Shown here in pieces: positions 46,941 through 57,889 of a stretch of DNA of 64,000 nt. The translations under genes and the position numbers were made by a program. Every line of letters begins with the position of its first letter. Position 1 is the stretch's first letter. The notes under the pieces were generated by a model, which saw nothing but the letters and a program-made list of their open reading frames with translations, was not told the origin of the DNA and did no database searches. The stretch lies in the IMG/VR virus record IMGVR_UViG_3300029305_002265. One strand, 5' to 3'. The DNA is from a virus (taxonomy: Duplodnaviria > Heunggongvirae > Uroviricota > Caudoviricetes).

Positions 46941-48978
46941 TGTCATTTTGACTGAACGACAAATATTAGAAAACTGTATTGAAGATTGTTTCGAAGGGTT
47001 TAAGGATTTGTGCGATGAACTCGAATACACTCTTGGAGAGTACGGAATATTTGTTAAGCCAAACTTATACAATATGACCACTAAAAGATATAGAGAAAAA
47101 GTAGATTTGGCAGAATTTCTTCAATGGGGACGCAGAAATCCATCTCGTTTTATTGAAGAAGTTTTTAACGTACAGTTAATGGACTATCAGAGATATTTGA
47201 TTGATAGTTCTTGGAACAAACCGTTTGTTGTGTGGGCTATGTCAAGAAATGGGGGTAAGTCCCTACTTGCGGCTTTGTTTATTATGGCAAAAATGCTTTT
47301 AATCCCTGGATTTAAAGCATATATTCTTGCGGGAGTTGGTTCTCAGTCTATTGAGTTGTTTACCAAGATGGAACAATTTGCGATGAAAAATATATCGTCC
47401 TTTACAAATTTAAACGATGTTTTTCAGAGCAATGTTGTTAAGTCTCAGGCAAATTCAACTGGATGGGTACACAATCCTGCATCTTATACTGTAAGAACTT
47501 ATGGTGGTTCTCAGGTGTTTACATTGAACGGCGCTTTCGACAACAATAGATCGAAACGTTCGAATTTAAATGTATATGATGAGGCAATGAATGCAGCAGA
47601 TGAGCTGTTCCATACATCCGAACCTTTTACCACTCAGAACTCAGAGTTTAAGATGGGTAAGGATTTTAATGCAGATGACGTGCTGGCAGAGCCTACTCCG
47701 TTCCCTAACCAATTACTATATTGTTCTTCTGCGGGACGCACGGACCAATACTTCTTTAAGAAGTATAAAGAATTTTCTCTTCGTATGTTTGCTGGAGACA
47801 AGAGATATTTCTGTGCAGACATTTCTTGCGATGTCATTATTAATGCTACTGTACATAACAAATTGTGGCCAGTTCCGTTGTTAACGCAAGAAAAAGTTGA
47901 CCAAGCTATGCGTGAGGATAAAGAAGCCGCTATGCGTGAGTATAGAAATATCTTTACTTCTGAAGGCGGCGAAGGTCAGATTATTAAGAGGGCAGATATT
48001 ATTAGGAATTCTGTTACGAGACCCCCGAAACTTAGAAATGAGGACGGTAATAGCCTGTGGGGGCTTATGTATGACCCTGCTCGTTCAAAAGACAACTCTG
48101 TAATTTTTATTCCAGAATATTATAAAGACCCTGTAGTTGGTTGGAAGATGAGAGTTCAAAACGTTGTAAATCTTATTAATTTAGAGAAACGTAATAAAAC
48201 TCCTATGACAACTCCGAACCAAATCAAGGAGTTTAAAAGACTACTTTTGGCGTATAACGGCGAAGGAAAAGCAGACTATGAAAATATTCTTAGTATGTGC
48301 GTCGATGCAGGTTCTGGTGGTGCAGGTGTTAATATTTGTGACTTTTTATGGGAAGATTGGGAAGACGATGATGGTAATATACATCGAGGATTGATAGACA
48401 AAGATTATAGCCCAGATGAAGTTGGGTTATATCCAAATGCGATTAAAGACAAATTGCATTTAATTCAACCTTCTAAATATAAAGTCGAAATGTTTACGGC
48501 GCTTATCGAGATGACTAATATGAATCTTATAGAATGGCCTAGCGAATATGATAATCGTGGATATATCGTATTGATGTATGACCTTAATACTAAAACAGGC
48601 GTTAAGACTTTGAGATATACAGAACCGACGGAAAAAGAAGTTAAAGAATTGGCAAAGCAAGGAATTGAAATTATAAGAGAACAATATCATTTGGACCCAG
48701 ATGAGGAGATTGCATTGAAACAAATCGATGCTATGAAAAACGAACTAGTTAACATATATAAATTCAAACAGTCCAACGGTAATGTTAGATATGATTTGGC
48801 TCCCGATAAAGTTGGTAAACTCAACGATGACCGTGCTTATGTTATGGCAATGGCCGCTTGGGTATTACAACAACTTCGTCGTGAAAGCCTGGTAACTAGA
48901 AAGAAACCAGATCATAAAACAATACTTGATAAATTGGTAGTTTCTAATGGAAAACACATTGACAAAATTTTCGGATAG
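46933..48978 (+). CDS. terL: terminase large subunit
   Basis: Walker A SRNGGKS, Walker B VYDEA, YCSSA coupling motif, nuclease DPA ... NDDR. Confidence 0.9.
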   Translation: MSDVILTERQILENCIEDCFEGFKDLCDELEYTLGEYGIFVKPNLYNMTTKRYREKVDLAEFLQWGRRNPSRFIEEVFNVQLMDYQRYLIDSSWNKPFVVWAMSRNGGKSLLAALFIMAKMLLIPGFKAYILAGVGSQSIELFTKMEQFAMKNISSFTNLNDVFQSNVVKSQANSTGWVHNPASYTVRTYGGSQVFTLNGAFDNNRSKRSNLNVYDEAMNAADELFHTSEPFTTQNSEFKMGKDFNADDVLAEPTPFPNQLLYCSSAGRTDQYFFKKYKEFSLRMFAGDKRYFCADISCDVIINATVHNKLWPVPLLTQEKVDQAMREDKEAAMREYRNIFTSEGGEGQIIKRADIIRNSVTRPPKLRNEDGNSLWGLMYDPARSKDNSVIFIPEYYKDPVVGWKMRVQNVVNLINLEKRNKTPMTTPNQIKEFKRLLLAYNGEGKADYENILSMCVDAGSGGAGVNICDFLWEDWEDDDGNIHRGLIDKDYSPDEVGLYPNAIKDKLHLIQPSKYKVEMFTALIEMTNMNLIEWPSEYDNRGYIVLMYDLNTKTGVKTLRYTEPTEKEVKELAKQGIEIIREQYHLDPDEEIALKQIDAMKNELVNIYKFKQSNGNVRYDLAPDKVGKLNDDRAYVMAMAAWVLQQLRRESLVTRKKPDHKTILDKLVVSNGKHIDKIFG

Positions 48979-48996
48979 AAAGGATGGTGAGGTGCC

Positions 48997-50508
48997 GTGG
49001 AAACTAAAGAACAAATTGCAAAATTGCAAGAAGATGAAAGAAAACAACAAATCAAGCAGTTCGCCACCGAATTGAAGAACGTTTTACAATTGTTTAATCC
49101 TGAAAAGATTCCGAATAGAACAACCACAACCTATAGTAGAGAAACGCTCAGATCATATTTGAGAAATCCTGCGACTGAGGCAAACAACAATAACCTGAGA
49201 AAACTTAGTAATTATCTTTACACAATTTCTCATGTGTATCGCCGTATGATTAGATTTAAGGCACATCAGATGAATTGCAAAGTTTGGAGTGCCTATCCTA
49301 TTGTTAGTATGATCGAGGAGAATGATAGAGAGTCTATTCTTAAAGAATATGAGCGCGTTGTTAAGATTGTTGCTAATATGAACATGGAGTCTCAGATACT
49401 TAAGATGAACCTTTTGGCGTGGAAGCACGGTGTGTCATATGGTTTTTGTTATGGTGATCCAGAGGGTGAGGGTAGTTTTTATATTCATCCATTAGATCCA
49501 GACCGTTGCAAGATATCGTGTGCTTCATTTGATAATGGTGTAATAGGATTTCTATTTGATATGTCATATTTTAGAGGTAATGAAGACCAGTTAGAATATT
49601 ATGATGACATATTTACTAGTCTTTATAATGAATATCAAAGAGACAATATTAAGTGGAAGCAGCTTCCTATTGAAAAAACTTTCTGTACCAAAGTTGATCC
49701 TGATAATCTGGATTATTCTATCCCGCCTCTTTCTGGTTTGATGGAGCAGGTAATTTCTGTAACCGACCTTCAGGCTGCTCAGGATGAGATAGATAGTCTT
49801 TCAAACTATAAAATGGTTTGGGGTAAACTTGATACTATTAGTGGATCTAAGAATCCCGATGACTTTACGGTTGACTTAGATTTGGCGTTGTCGTTTATGA
49901 GAAAGATCAATGATGCACTGCCAGAGAACGTGGCTTATGCATTATCTCCACTAGAGTTGGATGTAATTGATTTCAAGACGAATGATGCCAGCGATATTAA
50001 TGTACTTAGCAAGGCTTATAGTAACCTTATTGAAGCTAATGGCTCTATCATCTTGAATTCTAATAAGATTACGAATAGCCAATCGTTTAAGTTAGCTCTT
50101 AAGGCTGAGTGTGAGGATGCTATGAGTATGACTCCGCAGTTGAATGCGTGGTTGAAATTCTATTTGAAGTACAACTATAATGTTGAGACTGTTGCGGTTG
50201 AATTTTCTGATGTTTCGCCCTACTTTATGGATGACGAAATTGAGAAGATGACAAAATTAGCTGGCTTGGGTCTTCCTGTTAAGACGAAGCTTGCGGCAAT
50301 GGCTGGATCTAATCCTCAAGAGAGTTTTGGTATGGATTTCCTTGAGAGAGAACTTCTTGGTCTTGGTACGGAGCGTTGGACTAATCCTCTTGTATCTTCT
50401 AACACTCAAAGTGGTGTAGGAAGTGAGGGCGGAGCTCCTGAAAAATCCGAAGGTGACCTCAGCGACGAGGGACTTGAAGACAGAGACCAAAATAAGAATG
50501 ATAATTAA
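48997..50508 (+). CDS. portal protein
   Basis: 503 aa directly after terL; SPbeta-like synteny. Confidence 0.75.
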   Translation: METKEQIAKLQEDERKQQIKQFATELKNVLQLFNPEKIPNRTTTTYSRETLRSYLRNPATEANNNNLRKLSNYLYTISHVYRRMIRFKAHQMNCKVWSAYPIVSMIEENDRESILKEYERVVKIVANMNMESQILKMNLLAWKHGVSYGFCYGDPEGEGSFYIHPLDPDRCKISCASFDNGVIGFLFDMSYFRGNEDQLEYYDDIFTSLYNEYQRDNIKWKQLPIEKTFCTKVDPDNLDYSIPPLSGLMEQVISVTDLQAAQDEIDSLSNYKMVWGKLDTISGSKNPDDFTVDLDLALSFMRKINDALPENVAYALSPLELDVIDFKTNDASDINVLSKAYSNLIEANGSIILNSNKITNSQSFKLALKAECEDAMSMTPQLNAWLKFYLKYNYNVETVAVEFSDVSPYFMDDEIEKMTKLAGLGLPVKTKLAAMAGSNPQESFGMDFLERELLGLGTERWTNPLVSSNTQSGVGSEGGAPEKSEGDLSDEGLEDRDQNKNDN

Positions 50509-50522
50509 GGAGGCGTACCTTA

Positions 50523-50702
50523 ATGAAGAATTTTATTAAAACAACAGATGCAGAAACTGCAAATAAGTTGATTGCTTATGGGTTTAAACTTATTTCACAT
50601 ATTGGAAGCGTTTATACATTCTTAAATGAAGCTCCTCAGAATTTAACTTTTGATTCTGTGGACAAATCAAAGATTGTATATGACAACAAGTTAAGTCTGT
50701 AA
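50523..50702 (+). CDS. small hypothetical protein (59 aa)
   Basis: MKNFIKTTDAETANKL..., GGAGG RBS. Confidence 0.65.
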   Translation: MKNFIKTTDAETANKLIAYGFKLISHIGSVYTFLNEAPQNLTFDSVDKSKIVYDNKLSL

Positions 50703-50752
50703 TCTCCTTTCGGAGTTACATATATAATTCTAAAGAAAGGAGGATGATGCAG

Positions 50753-52423
50753 ATGGCGAGAAAATTTTATACATTGGATGACCTTTATAATTTTTGTAAA
50801 GAGAACCGTTTTGAATTTTTTAGTGCAGAGAAATTTGGAGCGCCCCTAGTTGTACAGTCTTTGGGCACATTTGAGGCCGATGATAAAAATACCGATGGTT
50901 TAATGTCTGTAAAACTTAAGTCTTGTCATACGGGTAAAAACAGAAATAGATCTGGAATTACTGATGACAATATGAATAAATACAAGCACACTTTTAAGGG
51001 CAGACCTATTCTTGGTGCTATCTATAAGACAGATACTGGAGAGTATGAGTTCCGCGCCCACGATATGAAGGTGATTGATGATGGTGAAGATATTGAATAT
51101 ATCGAGCAACCTATTGGTGTAATTTCACAGACCGAAGAACCTTATCTTGAATTTGATAAAGAGGAAGATAAGAACTATCTTATGGTAAGCGGAACCATTT
51201 TCTCTGATTATTCTAAGGCCGCTGAGATTCTTGAAAGACGTAGAACTTGCAAGTGTTCTGTGGAAATTGCTGTTGAAGAACTTAGTTACAACTGTGATGA
51301 AGATTATTTGTCTATTGATAAATTTAGATTTTCGGGCGTAACTATTCTTGGTTACGAACAAGATGGCGTTACAGAAATTCAAGAAGGCATGAAAGGTAGT
51401 AAGATTACCATTGATGACTTTAGTGTTAAAAATAGTATGTTTTCTACCGATGGTCAAGATAAGTTGATTGAAATACTTGAAAAGCTTAATACAACGCTTG
51501 AAAGTTTCAATAATAAAAATCAGAATTCAGAGAAAGGAGGAGAAAAAGTTATGAACAAGTTTGAAGAATTACTTGCTAAATATGGCAAGATTGCTGAAGA
51601 AGTAACTTTTGAGTACGAAAATCTCTCTGATGAAGAACTTGAAGTTGCTTTTAAGGAAGCGTTCGAAGAAGCCGAGGAAGAGACCGAGACCGTTGTTGAA
51701 GAGACAGTGGTTGAGGAGGAGGCTGAGGAAACTGTTGAGGAAGAGCCTGCCGAAGAGGTAGACGAGGAAGTTGAAGAGACTGAAGAAATTGTTGTCGAAG
51801 AATCTGTCGAGGAAGTTGTTGAACAGCCTGCAGAGAAGTTTGTGCTTCAATACGAACTGAGTCACGACGACATTCGCTCTGCACTTTATAGTCTTTTGGC
51901 TGCAACCACGGATGATGGTTATTATTGCACTTGGATTCTTGAAGTATATGACGATAAGTTTATTTACCAGGATTATATGGAAGGAAAATTCTATAGACAG
52001 GATTATTCCAAGGATGGTGAAAATGTTGCTCTTGGCGAGAACAAGGTTGAAGTATTCAATGAGTGGCTTTCCAAGGCAGAAAAGGATGCACTTGAGGCAT
52101 TAAAGGAAGACTATGCTGCGCTTAGGGAGTTTAAGTCTAATACTGAGTCTGCTCAGTTACAGGCACAGAAGGATGCAATCTTCGCAAGAGAAGAGTTCGC
52201 AGACATCGCAAATACTAAGGCGTTCAAGAAGCTCGTTGAGAATTCAAAGGATTATACTGTTGAAGAGTGCGAGCAGAGAGCAAAAGACATTCTTGATGAC
52301 TGCAACAACTATGTAACAAGTTTTGCAGCAAAGGACGAAACTAAGAAGCCTAAGGTTCTTGGTTTTGCCGTAGACGTAAAGAAGGAAAAAAAGAAAAAGG
52401 CTTATGGCAAACTTTTTGATTGA
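50753..52423 (+). CDS. prohead protease/scaffold protein
   Basis: CHTGKNRNRS and SVEI protease-like N-terminus; long Glu-rich scaffold region. Confidence 0.75.
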   Translation: MARKFYTLDDLYNFCKENRFEFFSAEKFGAPLVVQSLGTFEADDKNTDGLMSVKLKSCHTGKNRNRSGITDDNMNKYKHTFKGRPILGAIYKTDTGEYEFRAHDMKVIDDGEDIEYIEQPIGVISQTEEPYLEFDKEEDKNYLMVSGTIFSDYSKAAEILERRRTCKCSVEIAVEELSYNCDEDYLSIDKFRFSGVTILGYEQDGVTEIQEGMKGSKITIDDFSVKNSMFSTDGQDKLIEILEKLNTTLESFNNKNQNSEKGGEKVMNKFEELLAKYGKIAEEVTFEYENLSDEELEVAFKEAFEEAEEETETVVEETVVEEEAEETVEEEPAEEVDEEVEETEEIVVEESVEEVVEQPAEKFVLQYELSHDDIRSALYSLLAATTDDGYYCTWILEVYDDKFIYQDYMEGKFYRQDYSKDGENVALGENKVEVFNEWLSKAEKDALEALKEDYAALREFKSNTESAQLQAQKDAIFAREEFADIANTKAFKKLVENSKDYTVEECEQRAKDILDDCNNYVTSFAAKDETKKPKVLGFAVDVKKEKKKKAYGKLFD

Positions 52424-52518
52424 TAAACACACATCAAAATGATTAAAATGAGAGCGTTTTAAAAGAAGCTCTTTTTAATATTAAAAACTAAAACATATTT
52501 AATTAGGAGGACAAAATT

Positions 52519-52992
52519 ATGGCACAGGATCTTATGAATAAGCACTGGGTCGCAGAAATTTCCAGAGTTTCTGCTGTTTATGGTACAGGTCATATCCTCT
52601 CTGGTGAGATGGATAAGGACAGAGACAACGGTGAGATTGTTACCGTTGGTGAGTACAAGGAAGGCGAGTACTACACCGTTAGTGGCTTCGCTGGCGAATT
52701 TGAGGCAAAGGTAATTGAGATTGTTAATCACCCTGGTCGCACTATGGTTAGATTTGAGCTTACCAAGGACTGCGATGGTTACTTCGTTCACAATCCCGAG
52801 ACTATGCCCAACGATTTCCTGAAGGTATATCAGGATATCGCAAACTACTACAATGCAGAGGGCGACAGAGCAAGAATGTACCCTATGTATAAGCACGATG
52901 TATTTACCGTATCCGTTGACGCATTTGGCGGCACTGCTCCTGAAATTGGCGCAACCGTTTCTTATGTTGACGGCACTGGCTACTCTGCGTAA
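52519..52992 (+). CDS. putative head decoration protein
   Basis: between scaffold and capsid; high-expression codon bias. Confidence 0.6.
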   Translation: MAQDLMNKHWVAEISRVSAVYGTGHILSGEMDKDRDNGEIVTVGEYKEGEYYTVSGFAGEFEAKVIEIVNHPGRTMVRFELTKDCDGYFVHNPETMPNDFLKVYQDIANYYNAEGDRARMYPMYKHDVFTVSVDAFGGTAPEIGATVSYVDGTGYSA

Positions 52993-53014
52993 TTAGTGAA
53001 AGGAGAGAATAATT

Positions 53015-54121
53015 ATGAAGAACTTAATGACTTTTAACACAACTGTTCAGAACGCTTTCGAGAACGATAACGAGAATTTCGTTTGCTTCAGAGAGCTCCT
53101 TTCCGACGCTGCTCGCGGAGAGGTTAAGGAAGTTTCCGCTAAGGAAGCTAACAAGAAGATTGTTGAGAAGTTCAGAGCTGCTCTTGGTATCGAGCCCACT
53201 GACAGACCTCAGGCAATCAAGCGTGCAATCCGCGCTAACAAGGATCTCGTATTCACTCTTATCGAGGAAACTATCGAGGAAATGATTATTTCTGGCTGGA
53301 TGGAGAATCCTTTCTTCATGCAGTTCGTTGAAACCAAGAACCTTGCTCTCGGAGACGAGAACGACTTCTATGTAGAAGATGATGCTATCCTTAGCGTATC
53401 TAAGGTTTCTGGTAATCACCACAATATGATTAGACAGAGACTTGCAGGAGGCAGACACTTCTCCGTAGCTGGTGAGTGGTTCGGCCTAAAGATCTATGCA
53501 GATTTTGAGCGTGTTCTTACTGGCGCTGAGGACTGGGCTGCTTTCGTTTCGAAGGTAGCTGAGGCTATCAACCGTTATCTCTACGATGCTCTTTACGCTT
53601 CTCTTAGAGGCGCAAAGGACAGCCTTGGTGCAAACTGGGTTAAGTCTGGTGCACTTGAGACTGCTAACAAGGCAACACTCGTAAAGCTTTGCCAGGACAT
53701 CTCTATGGCAACTGGCTCTGAGGTTACTATCTTTGGTGCTCGTACTGCTCTCTCTTCTCTTACTGGCATGGCTGATGTAAACTGGGCTCCCGAGTCTGTT
53801 AAGAAGGAGTACTACGCAAACGGCGGCATCCTTGGCAACTGGGAAGGCTTCGCTTGCGCAGAAATCGGTCAGGGTCTTAAGAGAGGCGCTGGCATTAATA
53901 GTGCTTCTGTTGAGTATCAGCTTGATACCGATAGACTCTACATCATTCCTACTAGCGTAGCAAACAAGTTCATTAAGCTTGTTAACTACGGTGAGACTCA
54001 GGTTTCTCAGGTTACCGATAAGGATGTTAACAGAGATATGAGCTACGAATATGAAGTACTCTACAAGATGGGTATTAATGTTATTCTTAACACCGTCTTT
54101 GGAGTATGGGAGATTGTATAA
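53015..54121 (+). CDS. major capsid protein
   Basis: 368 aa, strong codon bias, synteny. Confidence 0.8.
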   Translation: MKNLMTFNTTVQNAFENDNENFVCFRELLSDAARGEVKEVSAKEANKKIVEKFRAALGIEPTDRPQAIKRAIRANKDLVFTLIEETIEEMIISGWMENPFFMQFVETKNLALGDENDFYVEDDAILSVSKVSGNHHNMIRQRLAGGRHFSVAGEWFGLKIYADFERVLTGAEDWAAFVSKVAEAINRYLYDALYASLRGAKDSLGANWVKSGALETANKATLVKLCQDISMATGSEVTIFGARTALSSLTGMADVNWAPESVKKEYYANGGILGNWEGFACAEIGQGLKRGAGINSASVEYQLDTDRLYIIPTSVANKFIKLVNYGETQVSQVTDKDVNRDMSYEYEVLYKMGINVILNTVFGVWEIV

Positions 54122-54161
54122 TCTTTAATTAAACATATAGGACAAAAAGGAGAAATTTATT

Positions 54162-54707
54162 ATGGCTACAAAAAAATCAACAGTTGAAACCGAAGAAATC
54201 ATCGATACCGAGGCGGTCGAGGAAGTTAAGCCCGCTCCAAAAAAGGTCAACAAGCCAAAACACGACCCCAATGAACTTATTCTTTGTAGAAGTGTTCGTT
54301 TTGGTGAGCTTAGACTTATTGGTCCAAAGACTCGTATGCCTTATAGCTGGGCAAACGAAGGAGATGTGCGAGAGGTTGAATATCAAGACCTTGTATCTTG
54401 GAGAGCACTTCATTCTAGATATCTTTTCGAGCCAATGATTATCATTGAGGACGAGGATATTGTTGAGGAGTGGAAGGCGGATCTTGGGGAACTCTATGAT
54501 GAACTTCAGGACATTGATATTAAAGCAATGTTTAAGCTTCCTCATAGACAGTTTGTCGCACAGCTTAAGAAACTTCCTGCTGGTATGAAGACTACAGTCC
54601 AGAATATGGCTTATTCTATGATTCAGGATAGAACTCTTTATGACCTTAGAATTATCGACGCTATTGATGAGATTCTTGGTACAGAACTGAAGATGATGAT
54701 CAACTAA
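54162..54707 (+). CDS. hypothetical virion-associated protein
   Basis: follows capsid; RBS. Confidence 0.7.
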   Translation: MATKKSTVETEEIIDTEAVEEVKPAPKKVNKPKHDPNELILCRSVRFGELRLIGPKTRMPYSWANEGDVREVEYQDLVSWRALHSRYLFEPMIIIEDEDIVEEWKADLGELYDELQDIDIKAMFKLPHRQFVAQLKKLPAGMKTTVQNMAYSMIQDRTLYDLRIIDAIDEILGTELKMMIN

Positions 54708-54725
54708 TATAGGGAGGTGTCTTAG

Positions 54726-55148
54726 ATGACTTCCTATGAAGTACTTTATAACCGTGCGTTAGCACAAATCACAGATCCTCTTTTAGCGCAACTGCCTGAA
54801 GAGGATTTAGAAAACATGCTCCACGATTGGTTACTTGATGCTATTGTCGAACCTGTTGTTGGTGAGTACGACTTCTCCGACAGAGATGATGAATTGAGGC
54901 AATTCAATTTTGACATTTCAGAAAGAGACCAGAAGATACTCTCGATACATATGGTTCGTGCTTGGCTCGCCCCTCAGCTCCGTTCGGTTACATTAACTCA
55001 GCAGGTGTTTAGTGGTAAAGAGACTAAGTATTTTAGTCAGAGTCAACATATCACAGAAATGCGTGCGCTCGATGAACAGCTTCGCAAGGATGCAGACTTG
55101 TTATTTTGTCGTGGAACATATTTAAAGAATGATTATTTCAATGATTGA
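54726..55148 (+). CDS. putative head-tail adaptor
   Basis: size and synteny. Confidence 0.55.
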   Translation: MTSYEVLYNRALAQITDPLLAQLPEEDLENMLHDWLLDAIVEPVVGEYDFSDRDDELRQFNFDISERDQKILSIHMVRAWLAPQLRSVTLTQQVFSGKETKYFSQSQHITEMRALDEQLRKDADLLFCRGTYLKNDYFND

Positions 55149-55159
55149 GGTACATAGTG

Positions 55160-55462
55160 ATGAGAAATATATATGAAAATGTACCGTCGAATCAAATTGA
55201 AAAACAAAAGCGTTACTTTTATGGCGCTATAATTAATTGTTTGTATCTCTGGGAGGATAACAGTCCTTTTGTAGATGCAACAATTCAAACTTTGATAAAT
55301 CAAATTGGTGGGTCAAATCACTTGTTTGGTTTTCAGCCCGAAGTGCTTACAATTGTAAGCAATTTGGAGACGGCTCGAAGAGAGCCTTCACAATTCCGTA
55401 AATGCATCCTAGATGCCGCCAATTTGGTAGATAAACTGAATGGTGGTGATTCCAATGTTTGA
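55160..55462 (+). CDS. hypothetical protein
   Basis: GAGG RBS. Confidence 0.65.
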   Translation: MRNIYENVPSNQIEKQKRYFYGAIINCLYLWEDNSPFVDATIQTLINQIGGSNHLFGFQPEVLTIVSNLETARREPSQFRKCILDAANLVDKLNGGDSNV

Positions 55463-56525
55463 CCATTACAAAAGCCGTATGGCTCACAGAGGCTCTAATA
55501 TGAGTGAAATGCTTCGTGCGCAGTCCAATATGGTTATTGAGCAAACTTGGGATCGAGATCCAAATTACCGTCAAGTTTATGTTGTTAAAGTTGAGCATGG
55601 GTTGCCTATGGTGACCTATGAGCATGAATTAATTGATGCAAAGTTTAATGTTGAGTCGTATCAAAGACTTACATCTGACGAGCCCGCTTATCACCTTCAG
55701 TTTAGACACGGTGCCGAAAAACTCAATCCCGATATTGCTATCGGTTCTTATGTATATATGGCCGATGAGGATAATGAGTGGAAGTGGTGGCTAATCGTTG
55801 CTTTAGATGAGCGTCCGCAGTTTAGACAGTACCACATATTGGAAACAAACTGGACTTTAAAGTGGATTGTTGACAATAAGATTTATAGCTGTCTTGCGGT
55901 GCAGAGATATCAAAATAGTTATAGTACTGGACTGCAGTCTGGTATCAGAATTACTGGTGTTGATGATATGACGGCTATTTGGGTGCCGACAAATTCAGAG
56001 ACGCAAACCATTGGATATAATCAGAGATTTTTAATTTCAGATGTTGGTAGAATTCCTGCCCTTTGTTATGAAGTGTCTAAAATTTCTGACACATCTCCTG
56101 TGGGATTAATTAAGTTTAGTCTTGCACAGACAGCATTTAATGAAAGCACTGATAACACCGACTTGATGATTGCTGACTATTGGTCAGACGCCATAGAGCC
56201 TATCGAGTCAGATATTGAGGCAGAGCTTACGAGAGAAGCTAAGATTTCCTATACAGGACAAACTACTACCATTAAGGTAGGAGGAAGTTTTAAAACCTTT
56301 ACACCCTCGTTTACTGCTTCGGATACAAAGGTGAAGAAATGGCTTGTTAGTGACGAGGTGGGCGATATTAGTAGAGATGGCGAGAATTACACTATAGAAT
56401 ATAGCGGCGAGCAACTTAAATTGAAAGTGGCACGCAATTATTATTTGATTGGAAAAATTTTAACCATACAAGTGGTTGGCACGGACGATAGTACGGCAGA
56501 AATAAAGATTGAGGTGATTGGCTAA
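55455..56525 (+). CDS. putative head-closure/neck protein with Ig-like C-terminus
   Basis: synteny; beta-rich C-terminus. Confidence 0.55.
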   Translation: MFDHYKSRMAHRGSNMSEMLRAQSNMVIEQTWDRDPNYRQVYVVKVEHGLPMVTYEHELIDAKFNVESYQRLTSDEPAYHLQFRHGAEKLNPDIAIGSYVYMADEDNEWKWWLIVALDERPQFRQYHILETNWTLKWIVDNKIYSCLAVQRYQNSYSTGLQSGIRITGVDDMTAIWVPTNSETQTIGYNQRFLISDVGRIPALCYEVSKISDTSPVGLIKFSLAQTAFNESTDNTDLMIADYWSDAIEPIESDIEAELTREAKISYTGQTTTIKVGGSFKTFTPSFTASDTKVKKWLVSDEVGDISRDGENYTIEYSGEQLKLKVARNYYLIGKILTIQVVGTDDSTAEIKIEVIG

Positions 56526-57058
56526 TGAAACGAGATATTCAGCACATTGATGATGATATAATCCGTAAAAAGCGTCGTATCGAAGAAATTCTTTATTCTG
56601 ACGAGGATATTATCGAGGTATTAGATAACAAGTCTTTGGATCCGACTGTTCCCGAGGATTATGTCGGTGAGAATATATTTGGGTTTTTACGTGTTCCTGG
56701 AGTTCAGGATACTTCCAAAAACTTTATAACTTTTACTATAGATGATATGGGATTGATGCCAGGGAATCAGGTAATGAAATCTCAATATATTCAGTTTGTT
56801 GTCTTTGTACATAAAGATATGGTGAAGACTGACTACGGTATGGAACGTCACGATTTACTCGGATATTTGATTCGGGACATCTTTAATTTATCTAACAAAC
56901 TTGGCCCACAAATGGAGCTCGTATCCAATCGCGAGGGCATCACAGACAGAGATTTTTATACCAGAACACTAAAATTTGAGCTTATTGATGATAATTCAAC
57001 AAAGTCTTGTAGAACAAACCCTTATGAATATGACAGAATTGTTGGTCATAGGAGGTAA
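56525..57058 (+). CDS. putative tail-terminator/neck protein
   Basis: synteny. Confidence 0.5.
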   Translation: MKRDIQHIDDDIIRKKRRIEEILYSDEDIIEVLDNKSLDPTVPEDYVGENIFGFLRVPGVQDTSKNFITFTIDDMGLMPGNQVMKSQYIQFVVFVHKDMVKTDYGMERHDLLGYLIRDIFNLSNKLGPQMELVSNREGITDRDFYTRTLKFELIDDNSTKSCRTNPYEYDRIVGHRR

Positions 57059-57061
57059 GTT

Positions 57062-57841
57062 ATGGATATTATCCAAGTAGACGAACTTCGCTTATATTTT
57101 GGTGATGATATAAAAATTGCAGATGGGGTAGTTTTGAGGTCTCCTACTATTGGACAAATAGTTGAGTATGGGGAGAGTTCGTATTTTTCCGTGCTACAGA
57201 CTTTATGCGCAACGCCTAGTTCTATGAAGGTTCAACTTGATGATATGAAGTTGGACTGGATGAAAGTTACAGATTGGCAATTGTTTACTATGCTTTGTTC
57301 TTCTTTTCGACCAGAACAAACATCGCTGGTCCTTGGTGATTTAGACCTTTCTAAACTCAAACCATATTCTATGGGAGAGACTGAAGAAGTTGTGCTTTCT
57401 AATGAAGATCACACGGTTGTTATTAATGAAATTATATATAATGTGTTGATTACATACTTGAGAAAGATGCATGGGTTTAAGAAACAGGTAGACAAAGCAG
57501 GAAACAAAATGACACATAAGGTGTTGTTGAATCTTGCTAGGCAGGATGCAAAAATGGCCCAAAACAAACCATACAAATCTTTCTTGTTACCCTTGGTGTC
57601 TTCTTTACAAGGCAGACAAGGATATGAGAAAGAGTATATTCGTAATATGGGCGTTTACGAATTTTTTAATCAAATAAATCGCGCACAAATCATTTGTCAA
57701 GCAGATGCTGCCCTTGGAGGTATGTATTCTGGCTTTGTGGATACAAAGAAGATGGACAAAACTGTCTTAGATTGGATGCGTGATATTACAGATGAATCGC
57801 CCAAAAATAATAAATCAATTCTTAAAGAAGGGGCTAACTAA
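57062..57841 (+). CDS. hypothetical tail-region protein
   Basis: 259-aa ORF, GGAGG RBS. Confidence 0.7.
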   Translation: MDIIQVDELRLYFGDDIKIADGVVLRSPTIGQIVEYGESSYFSVLQTLCATPSSMKVQLDDMKLDWMKVTDWQLFTMLCSSFRPEQTSLVLGDLDLSKLKPYSMGETEEVVLSNEDHTVVINEIIYNVLITYLRKMHGFKKQVDKAGNKMTHKVLLNLARQDAKMAQNKPYKSFLLPLVSSLQGRQGYEKEYIRNMGVYEFFNQINRAQIICQADAALGGMYSGFVDTKKMDKTVLDWMRDITDESPKNNKSILKEGAN

Positions 57842-57889
57842 CCTCTTCTTTTTATATTAAAAAAATTTATTTAATGGAGGAAATATATC

